Origin: Candidatus Omnitrophota bacterium
GTDB lineage: Bacteria > Omnitrophota > Gorgyraeia > Duberdicusellales > 4484-171
Assembly (NCBI GenBank): GCA_021735655.1
Contig: JAIPGM010000013.1
Coordinates: 1-41,502 of the forward strand
Direction: 5' to 3'
Length of the DNA stretch: 41,502 bases
The notes under the pieces: model-generated
The model's input: the letters and a program-made list of their open reading frames with translations, nothing else
Databases searched by the model: none
Told to the model about the DNA's origin: nothing
Program-made: the position numbers and the translations under genes
Part shown: positions 30,812-40,027 of the stretch, in pieces
Position numbering within the stretch: the stretch's first letter is position 1
Layout of the letters: each line of letters opens with the position of its first letter

Positions 30812-31961
30812 ATTCAGTCTTTAGAAAATTAATCAGCTCTTGGCTCTTAAAGCTCATCTTTTTACCGTCTGACCGAGCTTCTAAATCTATAGTTTTATCG
30901 TTTAAATACTTCTTACCAATAACTGCAATATAAGGATTACCTAAAAGATAAGCATCGTTAAATTTAACTCCAGCAGCTTCATTGCGTTCATCAACTAAAA
31001 CTGAAAACCCAATTTGTTCTAGCTCTTTCGACAGTTTTACCGCTTCTTCGATAAGTTTGTCGTTAAGTACAACTAGAGTTAAATCAAAGGGAGCTAAGCT
31101 CTTAGGCCAGATAAGCCCTTTTTCGTCAGAGTTTAGCTCGGCAACCGCAGAAAGAATCCTGCTCACTCCAATACCATAACAGCCCATAATGAAAGGTAAT
31201 CGCTTTCCTTTTTCATCGACAAAAAGGGCATCTTGAGCAAGAGAATACTTTGTGCCTAATTTAAATATATGGCCGATCTCAATCATTTTCTTTCCGTCAA
31301 CAATATCTTCGCCAATTTCACCGGCAACCATGAACTCATGGGAAGCACTACCCCCCATTGCTCCGGAATCAGCCTCAATCATAACAAAATCTAAACCACA
31401 CTCTTTAAATATACTTTTATAAGCCGAAAGCATCTTTTGGTAGTTTTTATCCAACCCTTCCTCATCTTTATCAAAACTGTAAGCATCTTTCATGATGAAC
31501 TCACAACTCCTCATTAAACCGAATCTTGGTCGGGGTTCATCTCTAAACTTAGTCTGTATCTGATAGAGTATCGTCGGAAGCTGTTTATAGGAAGAGATCG
31601 ACCTCTTCACAATCTCAGTAATCTCCTCTTCATGGGTGGGCCCCAAACAAAGCTGACGCTTCTTTCTATCTTTAAAAGTAAACATAACCTCGGCCAAATC
31701 TTTATCTCGTCCGGTCTTCTGCCAAATTTCAATTGGTTGAAGAGCGCTCATAAATATTTCTTGAGCACCAGCTGAATTCATAGCTTTGCGAATCAAATTA
31801 TTTATCTTGGTTAAAACCCGCCAGCCCAAAGGAAGATAAGAATATATCCCCGAAGAAACCATAAACAAAAAGTTTCCTTTCAGTAAAAGCTTATGGCTTT
31901 GACACTCGGCTGTCTTTGGATCTTGACGCAAAGTAGTAATGAAACTTTCAGAGAATAACAT
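30801..31961 (-). CDS. proS: Proline--tRNA ligase, bacterial-type N-terminus but minimalist (386 aa), apparently lacking the INS editing domain.
   Basis: Motif 1 region LPLGWRVLTKINNLIRKAMNSAGAQEI. Motif 2 FRDEPRPRFGLMRSCEFIMKDAYSF. Motif 3 GCYGIGVSRIL. C-terminal anticodon-binding domain. Only ~40 residues separate motif 2 from the GH/motif-3 region. Confidence 0.85.
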   Translation of the reverse strand: MLFSESFITTLRQDPKTAECQSHKLLLKGNFLFMVSSGIYSYLPLGWRVLTKINNLIRKAMNSAGAQEIFMSALQPIEIWQKTGRDKDLAEVMFTFKDRKKRQLCLGPTHEEEITEIVKRSISSYKQLPTILYQIQTKFRDEPRPRFGLMRSCEFIMKDAYSFDKDEEGLDKNYQKMLSAYKSIFKECGLDFVMIEADSGAMGGSASHEFMVAGEIGEDIVDGKKMIEIGHIFKLGTKYSLAQDALFVDEKGKRLPFIMGCYGIGVSRILSAVAELNSDEKGLIWPKSLAPFDLTLVVLNDKLIEEAVKLSKELEQIGFSVLVDERNEAAGVKFNDAYLLGNPYIAVIGKKYLNDKTIDLEARSDGKKMSFKSQELINFLKTEYGR

Positions 31962-31981
31962 CCTAGATACGACCTCTTTTG

Positions 31982-33232
31982 TTAATCTTTAAATATATTT
32001 TCATTTATTTTTATTCCCTTCTTTTTAAACAATGAGAAGAAATTCGGTTTACCATAGGCTTTGAATTTACCTTGAGAAACTAAATCTTCACTCACCCCTT
32101 CTGATTCATAACGAAAAATATCTTTAAGAATGATATGGTTATCTTTTAAGTCCTGCACTTCAGTAAGATAAGTTATCTTTCGTGAACCGTCAATAAGTTG
32201 CTCGTGTTGAACAATTAAATCTAAACCATAGGCAATCTGCTCACGAATCGCCCAAGTAGGCAAATTAAGGCTTGCATAAAGTGCTGTAGTCTCTAAACGA
32301 GTTAGGGTGTCCATTGGATTAGAAGCATGAATTACCGCAAGTGAACCCTTATGTCCGCTATTTAAAGCCTGAAGATAATCCATCGCCTCCTCACTTCTAA
32401 TTTCCCCCAAAATAATTCTGGTCGGACGCATACGCAGGGTATTGCAGAATAAATCCCGAATAGCAACTTCACCCTTTCCCTCAATATTCGGCGGACGAGT
32501 CAAAAGACGTACAACATGATCCTGGCGTAAAGTCAACTCCAAAGCATCCTCAATAGTAATAATCCGCTCATCAGGACCAATCGAAGAAGAAAGTACCTCT
32601 AAAGTCGTAGTCTTACCGCTTCCAGTAGCTCCGGAGAAAAGAATATTAGCCCTAACTTTAATGCAAGCAGTTAAAAACTCAGCCATCCGATCGTCAATCG
32701 TGCCTAATTTCACTAAATCGTTAACAGTTTCGATCGAACGTAAAAACTTTCTAACGGTTACCGTTGCTCCACCCACTGAAAGCGGCGGCAAAATAACATT
32801 TACCCGGGAACCGTCTTCTAGAGCAAAATCAACATAAGGATAGCTCTCATCAACCCTTCTTCCGGTAGGTTGAATCATCTTTTCAACGATATATCTTAAG
32901 TGGTCGCTGTTTTCAAATTTTATTTTAGTCTTGCCTTTTTTGCCGGCTTTTTCGATATATACCTTTTCGGGGCCATTAATCATAATTTCAGTTATGTCTG
33001 GGTCATCCATCAGCTTCTGTATCGGACCTAAGCCGGTATAATCAGCGCATAAGGACTGAATTATTTGCTCCTTATCTTCCTTTTTAAGATCAAGATAATG
33101 ACCTTGTTCAACCTTATGCTTGAAAAAAAGTTCGGCTCGCTCACGAATAAAATCTTCACTTAATTTTTGTGCCTCACCGACCCAAAGACTTATCTCTTTT
33201 CTGACGTCATTCTTAATTTTACCTAGATCCAT
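31982..33232 (-). CDS. CpaF/TadA-family secretion ATPase (type II/IV secretion NTPase, VirB11-like), orphan.
   Basis: Walker A SGATGSGKTT. IITIEDALEL. GEIRSEEAMDYLQALNSGHKGSLAVIHASN (CpaF His-box). Length 416 aa. Confidence 0.8.
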   Translation of the reverse strand: MDLGKIKNDVRKEISLWVGEAQKLSEDFIRERAELFFKHKVEQGHYLDLKKEDKEQIIQSLCADYTGLGPIQKLMDDPDITEIMINGPEKVYIEKAGKKGKTKIKFENSDHLRYIVEKMIQPTGRRVDESYPYVDFALEDGSRVNVILPPLSVGGATVTVRKFLRSIETVNDLVKLGTIDDRMAEFLTACIKVRANILFSGATGSGKTTTLEVLSSSIGPDERIITIEDALELTLRQDHVVRLLTRPPNIEGKGEVAIRDLFCNTLRMRPTRIILGEIRSEEAMDYLQALNSGHKGSLAVIHASNPMDTLTRLETTALYASLNLPTWAIREQIAYGLDLIVQHEQLIDGSRKITYLTEVQDLKDNHIILKDIFRYESEGVSEDLVSQGKFKAYGKPNFFSLFKKKGIKINENIFKD

Positions 33233-34358
33233 GTCCGGTCACCCCCCTTAGCAAATCATCAATTACCTTTCCCTGGCTAGTTCGTTTTAAAATTTTATCA
33301 CCCTTGAAAATTACAGCTTTGTTTTTACCAAAAGCTGCACCGATATCAGCCTGTCGGGCTTCACCTGGCCCATTAACCACACAACCCATTAAAGCAATTT
33401 CTAAAGGTTCTTCCACCTTTGCTTTCTCAAGCCTTTTTTTAAATTTATCTACTATATCTATTAAATTAACCTCACAGCGCGAACAAGTAGGACAAGATAT
33501 AATTTCTGGACCGAACCGCCTGAGGTTAAGTGCCTGAAGAATTTGCTTGGCTATGCGGACCTCCCAAAAAGAAGGAGCAGTCAATGACACTCTTATAATA
33601 TCACCAATACCTTCATTAAGCAAAGCTCCCAAACCTACCGATGACTTAACGGTACCCTCTAAAAATGGCCCAGTGGCAGTAACCCCCAAATGCAATGGGT
33701 AATTATATTTTTTAGCAAAAAGCTTGTTGGCCTGAACTGTCGATGTCACGCTAGAGCCTTTTAAAGAAAACATTAAATCAAAAAAAGCCTCAGCTTCAAA
33801 TAGCTTAAGATAATTTTCGCAGGATTTAACCATCGCCTGGGCCAGCTTTGTCGGTGTCGCAAATTTTCTTTTAAATCCTCCTGAGTTAACCCCAACACGA
33901 ATCGAAATTCGATTAGCTTTAGCCGCCCGAATGACCTCTTTAACTTCTTTTGGTTTAGATATATTCAAAGGGTTCAGTCGAATCGCATCAAACCCCTGAT
34001 CAATTGCTGCGAGAGCTAACCGATAATCAAAGTGAATATCCGCAACAAAAGGAAGTTTAGTTTGTTTTCTTAAAGTTGAAATTAGCTTGGCATCTTCAGC
34101 AACTCTTACCGCAAGACGGACCGCCTCAGCTCCTTCGGTGTCAAGCTGCCTTAATTCTTTGACTAAATTTCTAACGTCTCGGGTCGGCGTCTTTAGCATT
34201 GCCTTTATCCTTATCGGATTTGCCCCTCCTACCTTTAACTTTCCAATTTTTACTGTTTTAGTTTTAAATCTATTCACTAGTTTTTCCCTGTAATTTATTC
34301 CAAACTTGGACACTACCATTTGATATATTGCTCCAAGTCTCAGAACCAAACCTGACAA
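33219..34358 (-). CDS. ispG: 4-hydroxy-3-methylbut-2-enyl diphosphate synthase (GcpE). True start probably internal.
   Basis: KTVKIGKLKVGGANPIRIKAMLKTPTRDV aligns with the IspG N-terminus. C-terminal 4Fe-4S ligands CPTCSRC...GCVVNGPGE. The ORF-track start overlaps the rseP end by 89 nt. Confidence 0.85.
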   Translation of the reverse strand: MSGLVLRLGAIYQMVVSKFGINYREKLVNRFKTKTVKIGKLKVGGANPIRIKAMLKTPTRDVRNLVKELRQLDTEGAEAVRLAVRVAEDAKLISTLRKQTKLPFVADIHFDYRLALAAIDQGFDAIRLNPLNISKPKEVKEVIRAAKANRISIRVGVNSGGFKRKFATPTKLAQAMVKSCENYLKLFEAEAFFDLMFSLKGSSVTSTVQANKLFAKKYNYPLHLGVTATGPFLEGTVKSSVGLGALLNEGIGDIIRVSLTAPSFWEVRIAKQILQALNLRRFGPEIISCPTCSRCEVNLIDIVDKFKKRLEKAKVEEPLEIALMGCVVNGPGEARQADIGAAFGKNKAVIFKGDKILKRTSQGKVIDDLLRGVTGHGSR

Positions 34359-35655
34359 TATCGTTATAGGTAATAAATACGAAAAGTATACCCAAGAGAG
34401 TTAATCCGACCCGGGTTGCGAAATCTTCTACTTTATCGCTGGCTGGTTTCCCTCTTAGTTTTTCAATAAACAAAAATAAAATATGCCCACCGTCTAATAC
34501 CGGAATCGGAAACAAATTGATTATCGCTAAACTTATATTTAAAGCCGCCATAAGCTGCAGCACAGCGACAAAGCCAACCTTTATGTATTCAGAAGTAATA
34601 TAAAAAATACCGATTGGTCCGGCTGCCCCCTCCTTAAACGATATGGTTCCGGTAATGATTGCCGAAAAACCCTTCAAGATATCGGCAGTTAAGCCAAAAA
34701 GAGTCTCGGTGCCCTTTAAAAAGGCTTTAAAAAACGGGTATCGCTTAAACTGAACCTCAGCATAAGGACCGATTCCGATTAAAGACACTAACTCTTTTTT
34801 GCCATCAGAATTAGTAATTTCGTCTTTTTTAACGTCGGTAACTACTGATATAATTTCACCTTCTCGCTCAATAGTAAGTGATACCTTATCCTTAGTTTTA
34901 TGAATAAGTTCGGCCATCTCTTTCCAACTGTCTACATAGACACCACCGACAGCCACAATCTTATCACCTTGCTTTAAACCGGCTTCTTTAGCCGGATATT
35001 TTTCCAGCAAGTTCCCGATCGTGGTATTACGATAAGGGAAAACTCCCAACATCGAAACCGTAACCTTTCGGCCAAATTCATCGGTGATCTCTTCCTGTTT
35101 AAGAGATGTTAACACTGATATAATTTGGTCACCTCTCTCAACTGAGAGTGAAACCTCACCTTGGGACTTGTGAATTTTTCTCTCTAACTCTCTCCAACCG
35201 GTTATCTCTTTACCATTGACAGCCACAATCCGGTCACCTTCTTCCAGGCCGGACTCATGAGCCGGATAATCGCTAAAGGCACCACCGATAACCGTATCCT
35301 GATAAGGAAAACCAATTAAAGCAATCAGCCAAAATATAATTAAAGCAAATAAATAGTTAAAAAATACCCCGGCAAAAACTATTTTCCCTCTTATCCCGGG
35401 TGATTTCGATAAAAACTCATCCGGTTTGCCTTCAGATTCAGAACGGTTATCGCCGGCTAGCTTCACATATCCGCCCAAAGGAAAAATACAAACTAAAAAT
35501 TCTGTTTCCTTACCTTTAAACTTAAATAGAGGTGGGCCAAAGCCTATTGAAAACTTTTCGACCCTAACTCCGGAATGACGTGCGGCGATAAAATGTCCAA
35601 ATTCATGAACCACAATAAGAATACCAAAAATTACAAGGGTTAACAGAAAACTCAT
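34270..35655 (-). CDS. rseP: RIP site-2 metalloprotease RseP/YaeL with two PDZ domains.
   Basis: HEFGHF zinc motif in the first TM helix. Two PDZ repeats. C-terminal LDGGH. Conserved position after dxr. Confidence 0.9.
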   Translation of the reverse strand: MSFLLTLVIFGILIVVHEFGHFIAARHSGVRVEKFSIGFGPPLFKFKGKETEFLVCIFPLGGYVKLAGDNRSESEGKPDEFLSKSPGIRGKIVFAGVFFNYLFALIIFWLIALIGFPYQDTVIGGAFSDYPAHESGLEEGDRIVAVNGKEITGWRELERKIHKSQGEVSLSVERGDQIISVLTSLKQEEITDEFGRKVTVSMLGVFPYRNTTIGNLLEKYPAKEAGLKQGDKIVAVGGVYVDSWKEMAELIHKTKDKVSLTIEREGEIISVVTDVKKDEITNSDGKKELVSLIGIGPYAEVQFKRYPFFKAFLKGTETLFGLTADILKGFSAIITGTISFKEGAAGPIGIFYITSEYIKVGFVAVLQLMAALNISLAIINLFPIPVLDGGHILFLFIEKLRGKPASDKVEDFATRVGLTLLGILFVFITYNDIVRFGSETWSNISNGSVQVWNKLQGKTSE

Positions 35656-36806
35656 AGTTTATTTATCCTTTCTTCGGTTTTTCTTCTAGCCCACTTATCC
35701 CAATAAAGAACATCATTAACGTTCTTAATATCACAAGATGGGTAAATCTTAGAGATATGAGCTATGATTTTATAAATATCAGTAAACTTTATTTTTCCTT
35801 TTAAAAAATGATCAATTGCCACTTCGTCAGAGGCATTTAGGACTGCCAAACCATTATCTTGTTTCTTAGCCGCTTCAAGGACTATTCTTAGCAAGGGATA
35901 ACTCGCATAAGGAATTGGTTTAAAGTTATAGGAAAAACTACCTCTAAAGTTAATTTTCTGATTCTGAGCTTTACGCTTCGGATAATGAAGGGCGAAAGAA
36001 ATCGGCATCTTCATATCCGGTGGATAAATACAAGCAAAAAGAGTACCATCGGTTTTTTCAACTAAAGCATGAATTGCTGATTCACGGTGCAAAAGAATAT
36101 CGATTTTTTCATAAGGCAAACCGAAGAAAAAATGAGTTTCAATAACTTCAAATGCTTTATTTATTAAAGTAGCGCTATCTACAGTTATCCGCGCACCCAT
36201 CTTCCAGGTTGGATGATTTAAGACCTCGCTTACGCTCACCCGAGATAAGTCTTTCTGCTTATAGCCGAACAATGCACCTCCGGAAGCAGTAAGATAAACC
36301 TTACCCAGACTTCCATTGGTTAAAGATCTTTTCTCTTCAAAAAGCTGGAACAAAGCATTGATCTCGCTATCCACCGGTAGAATCTCGGTATTATGTTTGG
36401 TGGCTTTTTTAAAAACTAAATCACCAGCGGTAACTAAAGACTCCTTATTAGCTAAAGCTACTCTCTTGGTATATTTTATATTTTCTAGAAGAGGCAATAG
36501 CGATGAAACACCGGAAATTGCCATAAGAGAAATGTCTGACTCTAAACTCGAAAACTCCAACAAACCCTTCTGGCCGACAAAAAGCTTTATGCCTTTGGGT
36601 AACTCTGACTTCAAGCGCTTAGCCCTAGCCTCATCATTAACGCATACATAGGAAGGATGAAACTCCTTAATCTGACGCTTAAGCGTAGTTATATCTTTGT
36701 TAGCCGTAAGACCAATGACTTTGAATTCATTTTTGGTCTTACGAATTACCGCTAAAGCATTCCTGCCAATTGAACCGGTTGAACCGAATATTAATACTTT
36801 TTTCAT
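35652..36806 (-). CDS. dxr: 1-deoxy-D-xylulose 5-phosphate reductoisomerase.
   Basis: KVLIFGSTGSIGRNAL NADPH site and Dxr core blocks. Length 384 aa. Confidence 0.9.
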   Translation of the reverse strand: MKKVLIFGSTGSIGRNALAVIRKTKNEFKVIGLTANKDITTLKRQIKEFHPSYVCVNDEARAKRLKSELPKGIKLFVGQKGLLEFSSLESDISLMAISGVSSLLPLLENIKYTKRVALANKESLVTAGDLVFKKATKHNTEILPVDSEINALFQLFEEKRSLTNGSLGKVYLTASGGALFGYKQKDLSRVSVSEVLNHPTWKMGARITVDSATLINKAFEVIETHFFFGLPYEKIDILLHRESAIHALVEKTDGTLFACIYPPDMKMPISFALHYPKRKAQNQKINFRGSFSYNFKPIPYASYPLLRIVLEAAKKQDNGLAVLNASDEVAIDHFLKGKIKFTDIYKIIAHISKIYPSCDIKNVNDVLYWDKWARRKTEERINKL

Positions 36807-36813
36807 GATTTTA

Positions 36814-37605
36814 TCAACGCATCATAGTCAAATATAGATAAAAAGTCGGAGCAGTAAAAATTAAACTGTCCATAACATCAAGAACTCCACCCATGCCAGG
36901 AAGAAGCTTACCTGAATCCTTTACCTGACAATCCCGCTTTATTAAAGACTCAAAAAGATCTCCCAGCTGAGCGACAATAGCTAAAATAATAATTAGGAAA
37001 AACTTCTCCCAAAAATTAATACTTCCAATAAACAACGAAAAAACAACACCTACTCCTAAACTAGTAAAAAATCCTCCGATTGCACCCTCAAGAGACTTTT
37101 TGGGGCTTATCCTTCTAATAAGTAAAGTTTTACCGAAGTTCTTTCCCCAAAGATAGGCTCCCATATCCGAAGACTTGGTGACCAAAATTAAAAACCCGGT
37201 AAGTAGCGCCCCCTCGGGAAGCTGTCTTATCCTGATTAAAAAAGAAAAACACCAGGAAATATAAATAACCGCAAAAACAGTTGCCGAAATTGACAGCACC
37301 GACTGATGAGTCTCTTTTTTAGTAAGTTCTAATAAAAACAAAATAAAAAGAGCTATAACAACAAACATGAATTGCCAGCCTTCACCGGGAGAAAAACCAA
37401 AATAAATAGTCACCGGTATCAAAGCTCCAACAAAAAGCCCTAAAGGCTTGAACATTTTCACTCCCTTCTTTTCAACCATATAGAAAAACTCATAAAGCCC
37501 GATAACAATCAACAAGGTAACGAACAAACCACACAAGGGATAGTAAAAAAGACAAAAAATAGTAAGCGAAATCAAAATAATTGCTGGAGGTAATCGTTTA
37601 GCCAT
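36814..37605 (-). CDS. cdsA: Phosphatidate cytidylyltransferase. Start moved to the internal ATG at 37605.
   Basis: Polytopic membrane protein with C-terminal LPGMGGVLDVMDS (CdsA signature). The ATG at 37605 has a GGAGA site 5 nt upstream and avoids the 77-nt overlap with uppS. Confidence 0.8.
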   Translation of the reverse strand: MAKRLPPAIILISLTIFCLFYYPLCGLFVTLLIVIGLYEFFYMVEKKGVKMFKPLGLFVGALIPVTIYFGFSPGEGWQFMFVVIALFILFLLELTKKETHQSVLSISATVFAVIYISWCFSFLIRIRQLPEGALLTGFLILVTKSSDMGAYLWGKNFGKTLLIRRISPKKSLEGAIGGFFTSLGVGVVFSLFIGSINFWEKFFLIIILAIVAQLGDLFESLIKRDCQVKDSGKLLPGMGGVLDVMDSLIFTAPTFYLYLTMMR

Positions 37606-38302
37606 GAATCTCTCCGTATCGGCGCTCTCTGGCTGAATAGGCAGCAACTGCTTTTTTGAGTTCGCTGTGATCAAAATCAGGCCAAAAAGTCTCGGTGAAG
37701 TAAAGTTCGCTATACGCTAAATTCCAAAGCAGAAAATTACTTATCCTCTGCTCCCCTGACGTCCTGATTAAAAGATCCGGCTCGGGATCATCCCCCAAAG
37801 AAAGATAACTCCCGAATGTCTTTTCATCTATGTCAGATTCGGTTAATTTTTTATTAATACAATCAGACACTATACCTCTGGTGGCTCCTACGATATCCCA
37901 CCGTCCTCCGTAATCTATAGCAATATTAAAGAAAAAACTCTTATGATTTTCGGTAAGATTTTCTAGTTCTTTGATTTTATTTACCGTTGTTTTTTTAAGT
38001 TTTGACTTCCGACCGATAACTTTTAGTCTTATCTCTTCCTTCATCAATTCCTTTTTGTAATCATCAAGAAACTTATCTAAGTAACGAAAAAGGAAATCGA
38101 TTTCTTTTTTCGGTCGATTCCAATTCTCGGTAGAAAAAGCAAAAATAGTAAGCGCCTGTACGCCTAGTTTCTTAGTCTCACGAACTATTTCTTTTATCTT
38201 CTCTATGCCTCGCTTATGGCCAGCTGTTCGCAAAAGGCCTTTTTTCTTTGCCCAACGGCCGTTTCCATCCATAATTATAGCAATATGTTGAGGAACTTCC
38301 AT
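37598..38302 (-). CDS. uppS: Undecaprenyl-diphosphate synthase (cis-isoprenyl transferase).
   Basis: HIAIIMDGNGRWAKKKG and FAFSTENWNRP motifs. Length 234 aa. Confidence 0.9.
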   Translation of the reverse strand: MEVPQHIAIIMDGNGRWAKKKGLLRTAGHKRGIEKIKEIVRETKKLGVQALTIFAFSTENWNRPKKEIDFLFRYLDKFLDDYKKELMKEEIRLKVIGRKSKLKKTTVNKIKELENLTENHKSFFFNIAIDYGGRWDIVGATRGIVSDCINKKLTESDIDEKTFGSYLSLGDDPEPDLLIRTSGEQRISNFLLWNLAYSELYFTETFWPDFDHSELKKAVAAYSARERRYGEIHG

Positions 38303-38324
38303 CCTAAGCCTGTTAGCGTTACCA

Positions 38325-38350
38325 ATTGATTAATTTATGTCACTAAAAAA
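38325..38350 (-). terminator. Strong intrinsic terminator ending the right-hand envelope cluster.
   Basis: On the minus strand, GGGGGC-CCCAAA-GCCCCC forms a 6-bp GC stem followed by T6. It lies ~50 nt after the stop of the 111-aa gene. It is the only GC-rich hairpin in this AT-rich region. Confidence 0.7.
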
Positions 38351-38401
38351 GGGGGCTTTGGGGCCCCCTCTTGCAAGAATACGTCGGCTACTATGGTTAA
38401 A

Positions 38402-38737
38402 TTAACGTTCCCCGAGCTTCTGCCTCATTAATTCTTCCTTCAAATTATCTTCCAGCTTATCTTTAAGCTTCTCAAGCTTAGAATTCTCTAAACTCAAAGA
38501 TTCTAGCTGAACATTCAAAAGGGTAATATCTTCCTTTAGCTTATCATTATCACCCTGGATAGTCTCTATTGTCTTTTTTAGATCTTCAGTGGCCTTTTCA
38601 CAGCTTATGTTCTTAGCAAGCTGTTTTTTGTATTCACTAGACAAAGAATTCATTTTAACCAATATCGACACACCGGCAATCACCAGAACAACGATTAAAC
38701 CGATCAAAAGACTTATAATTAATGGGCTATCTTTCAT
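38402..38737 (-). CDS. N-terminally anchored (single TM) coiled-coil protein.
   Basis: TM helix LIISLLIGLIVVLVIAGVSILV followed by a heptad-rich Lys/Glu/Leu sequence. ATGA overlap with the upstream OmpA-like gene. Confidence 0.55.
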   Translation of the reverse strand: MKDSPLIISLLIGLIVVLVIAGVSILVKMNSLSSEYKKQLAKNISCEKATEDLKKTIETIQGDNDKLKEDITLLNVQLESLSLENSKLEKLKDKLEDNLKEELMRQKLGER

Positions 38738-39366
38738 TTTAACTCCTCCTCTTCTAGCTGCGAGCCTAAAGGATCTGCCTTCTTAACCACCTTAGGTAAA
38801 ATTACAATCTCTACGCGTCGATTCGTCTGTCTACCTTCAGGGGTGTCATTAGATGCAACTAACTTGTATTCTCCATAGCCAATCGCTGACAACCGCAAAG
38901 GATTAATTCCCTCTTCTTCAAGATAATAAAGCACACCAAGAGCACGTTGAGCTGAAAGCTCCCAGTTTGTTTTCCAACGAGAGAATTTTATTGGTTCGTT
39001 ATCGGTGTGGCCTTCAATCCCAATATCATTGTCGGGAACTTCCGATTTGAGGATTTTGATAACCTTATCTAAAATTGGTAAGCTCTCTTTTCTTAGCTTA
39101 GCTTTTCCTGAATCAAAAAGAACTTCAGCAACAAAGGTTATCACTAACCCCTTCTCAGCCATCTCAAGGCGTACCTGTTTATCCTTTATCTCACCGGACA
39201 GCCTTTTTTCTAAAAGCTGCTGGGTACTTTTTAGCTCTTGAAGCTCACTTTTAAGCACCTGTATTTTTTCGAGATCTGAACGTCTTCCTTTTTGAAAAAC
39301 TATCGCACATCCGTTAAGAACAAAAACATAAATAACTAATAACAAAAGGCCTTTTTTGTTCATCAC
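38734..39366 (-). CDS. OmpA/MotB-domain lipoprotein with a central coiled coil.
   Basis: Lipobox VLNGC. C-terminal OmpA-like peptidoglycan-binding domain (GHTDNEPI...NWELSAQRALGV...NRRVEIVI). Confidence 0.75.
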   Translation of the reverse strand: MMNKKGLLLLVIYVFVLNGCAIVFQKGRRSDLEKIQVLKSELQELKSTQQLLEKRLSGEIKDKQVRLEMAEKGLVITFVAEVLFDSGKAKLRKESLPILDKVIKILKSEVPDNDIGIEGHTDNEPIKFSRWKTNWELSAQRALGVLYYLEEEGINPLRLSAIGYGEYKLVASNDTPEGRQTNRRVEIVILPKVVKKADPLGSQLEEEELK

Positions 39367-39518
39367 AACCTCACTCTTTATTTACTATTAGACTATAAGT
39401 TACTTACCATAAACAAACCAAAATTAGGTTATCATAATAGGCTTTACAAGTCAAGTAATTTGATACCTCAAAACTTACCCCCCTAACCTTCAAAACTCCT
39501 TTAAATAAAACAAATAAT

Positions 39519-39550
39519 AAGAGGCAACCCCAAAAGAAGAGTTGCCTCTC
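39519..39550 (-). terminator. Intrinsic terminator after the microprotein/lipoprotein unit.
   Basis: About 9-bp stem GAGGCAAC/GTTGCCTC with a 12-nt loop, followed on the minus strand by a TTATTATTTGTTTT T-rich tract, ~20 nt after the microprotein stop. Confidence 0.5.
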
Positions 39551-39570
39551 AACATATACTTTTTGCTATT

Positions 39571-39648
39571 TTATTTCTTAGGTTTAGCCTTCTTTTTAGG
39601 CTTCTTTTTAGGCTTACATTTACTCTTAGAACCACATCCACAAGCCAT
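39571..39648 (-). CDS. 25-aa Cys/Lys-rich microprotein MACGCGSKSKCKPKKKPKKKAKPKK (not in the ORF track).
   Basis: ATG preceded by a perfect AGGAGG with a 6-nt spacer. The upstream gene ends in tandem stops TAATAA directly abutting the SD site (minus strand reads TAATAAGGAGGTAACTCATG). TAA stop, then a terminator hairpin downstream. Confidence 0.45.
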   Translation of the reverse strand: MACGCGSKSKCKPKKKPKKKAKPKK

Positions 39649-39662
39649 GAGTTACCTCCTTA

Positions 39663-40007
39663 TTACTTTATAAGATTGTCCATTTTACTCTTAACATCGT
39701 TAACAGCCTGGCCGGCAGCTTCTTTTAAGGCAGTCTTGGCTTTCTCAAGAATACTTTTTGCATCTTGAGAATCTTTATCAACATATCTCAAGACATACTG
39801 GGCAAGATCAACTGCCTGCTGGAACTCTTTAGAATTATAAAAAGTTTTGGCCTGAGAAATTAAATAAGTCGCCTTCTCCTGAGTGTCTTCGATAGCTTTA
39901 GCAATGTTTATGGCTTCCTTACTTGATCCAGCTTTATTCGAACTGCAACCAACCAAAGATCCTGCTACAAAAATCCCCAACATTAGAACAATCAACCCTT
40001 TTCTCAT
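39663..40007 (-). CDS. Small helical lipoprotein of unknown function.
   Basis: Lipobox SLVGCSS. 114 aa. Predicted all-alpha, Ala/Lys-rich. Confidence 0.55.
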   Translation of the reverse strand: MRKGLIVLMLGIFVAGSLVGCSSNKAGSSKEAINIAKAIEDTQEKATYLISQAKTFYNSKEFQQAVDLAQYVLRYVDKDSQDAKSILEKAKTALKEAAGQAVNDVKSKMDNLIK

Positions 40008-40027
40008 ACTAACACCTCCCTATTACT

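Noticed and set aside
37606-37674. Long cdsA start overlapping uppS by 77 nt.
   Set aside because: The internal ATG at 37605 (MAKRLPPAIILISL...) has an SD-like GGAGA site and removes the overlap. The extension is not hydrophobic or CdsA-like.
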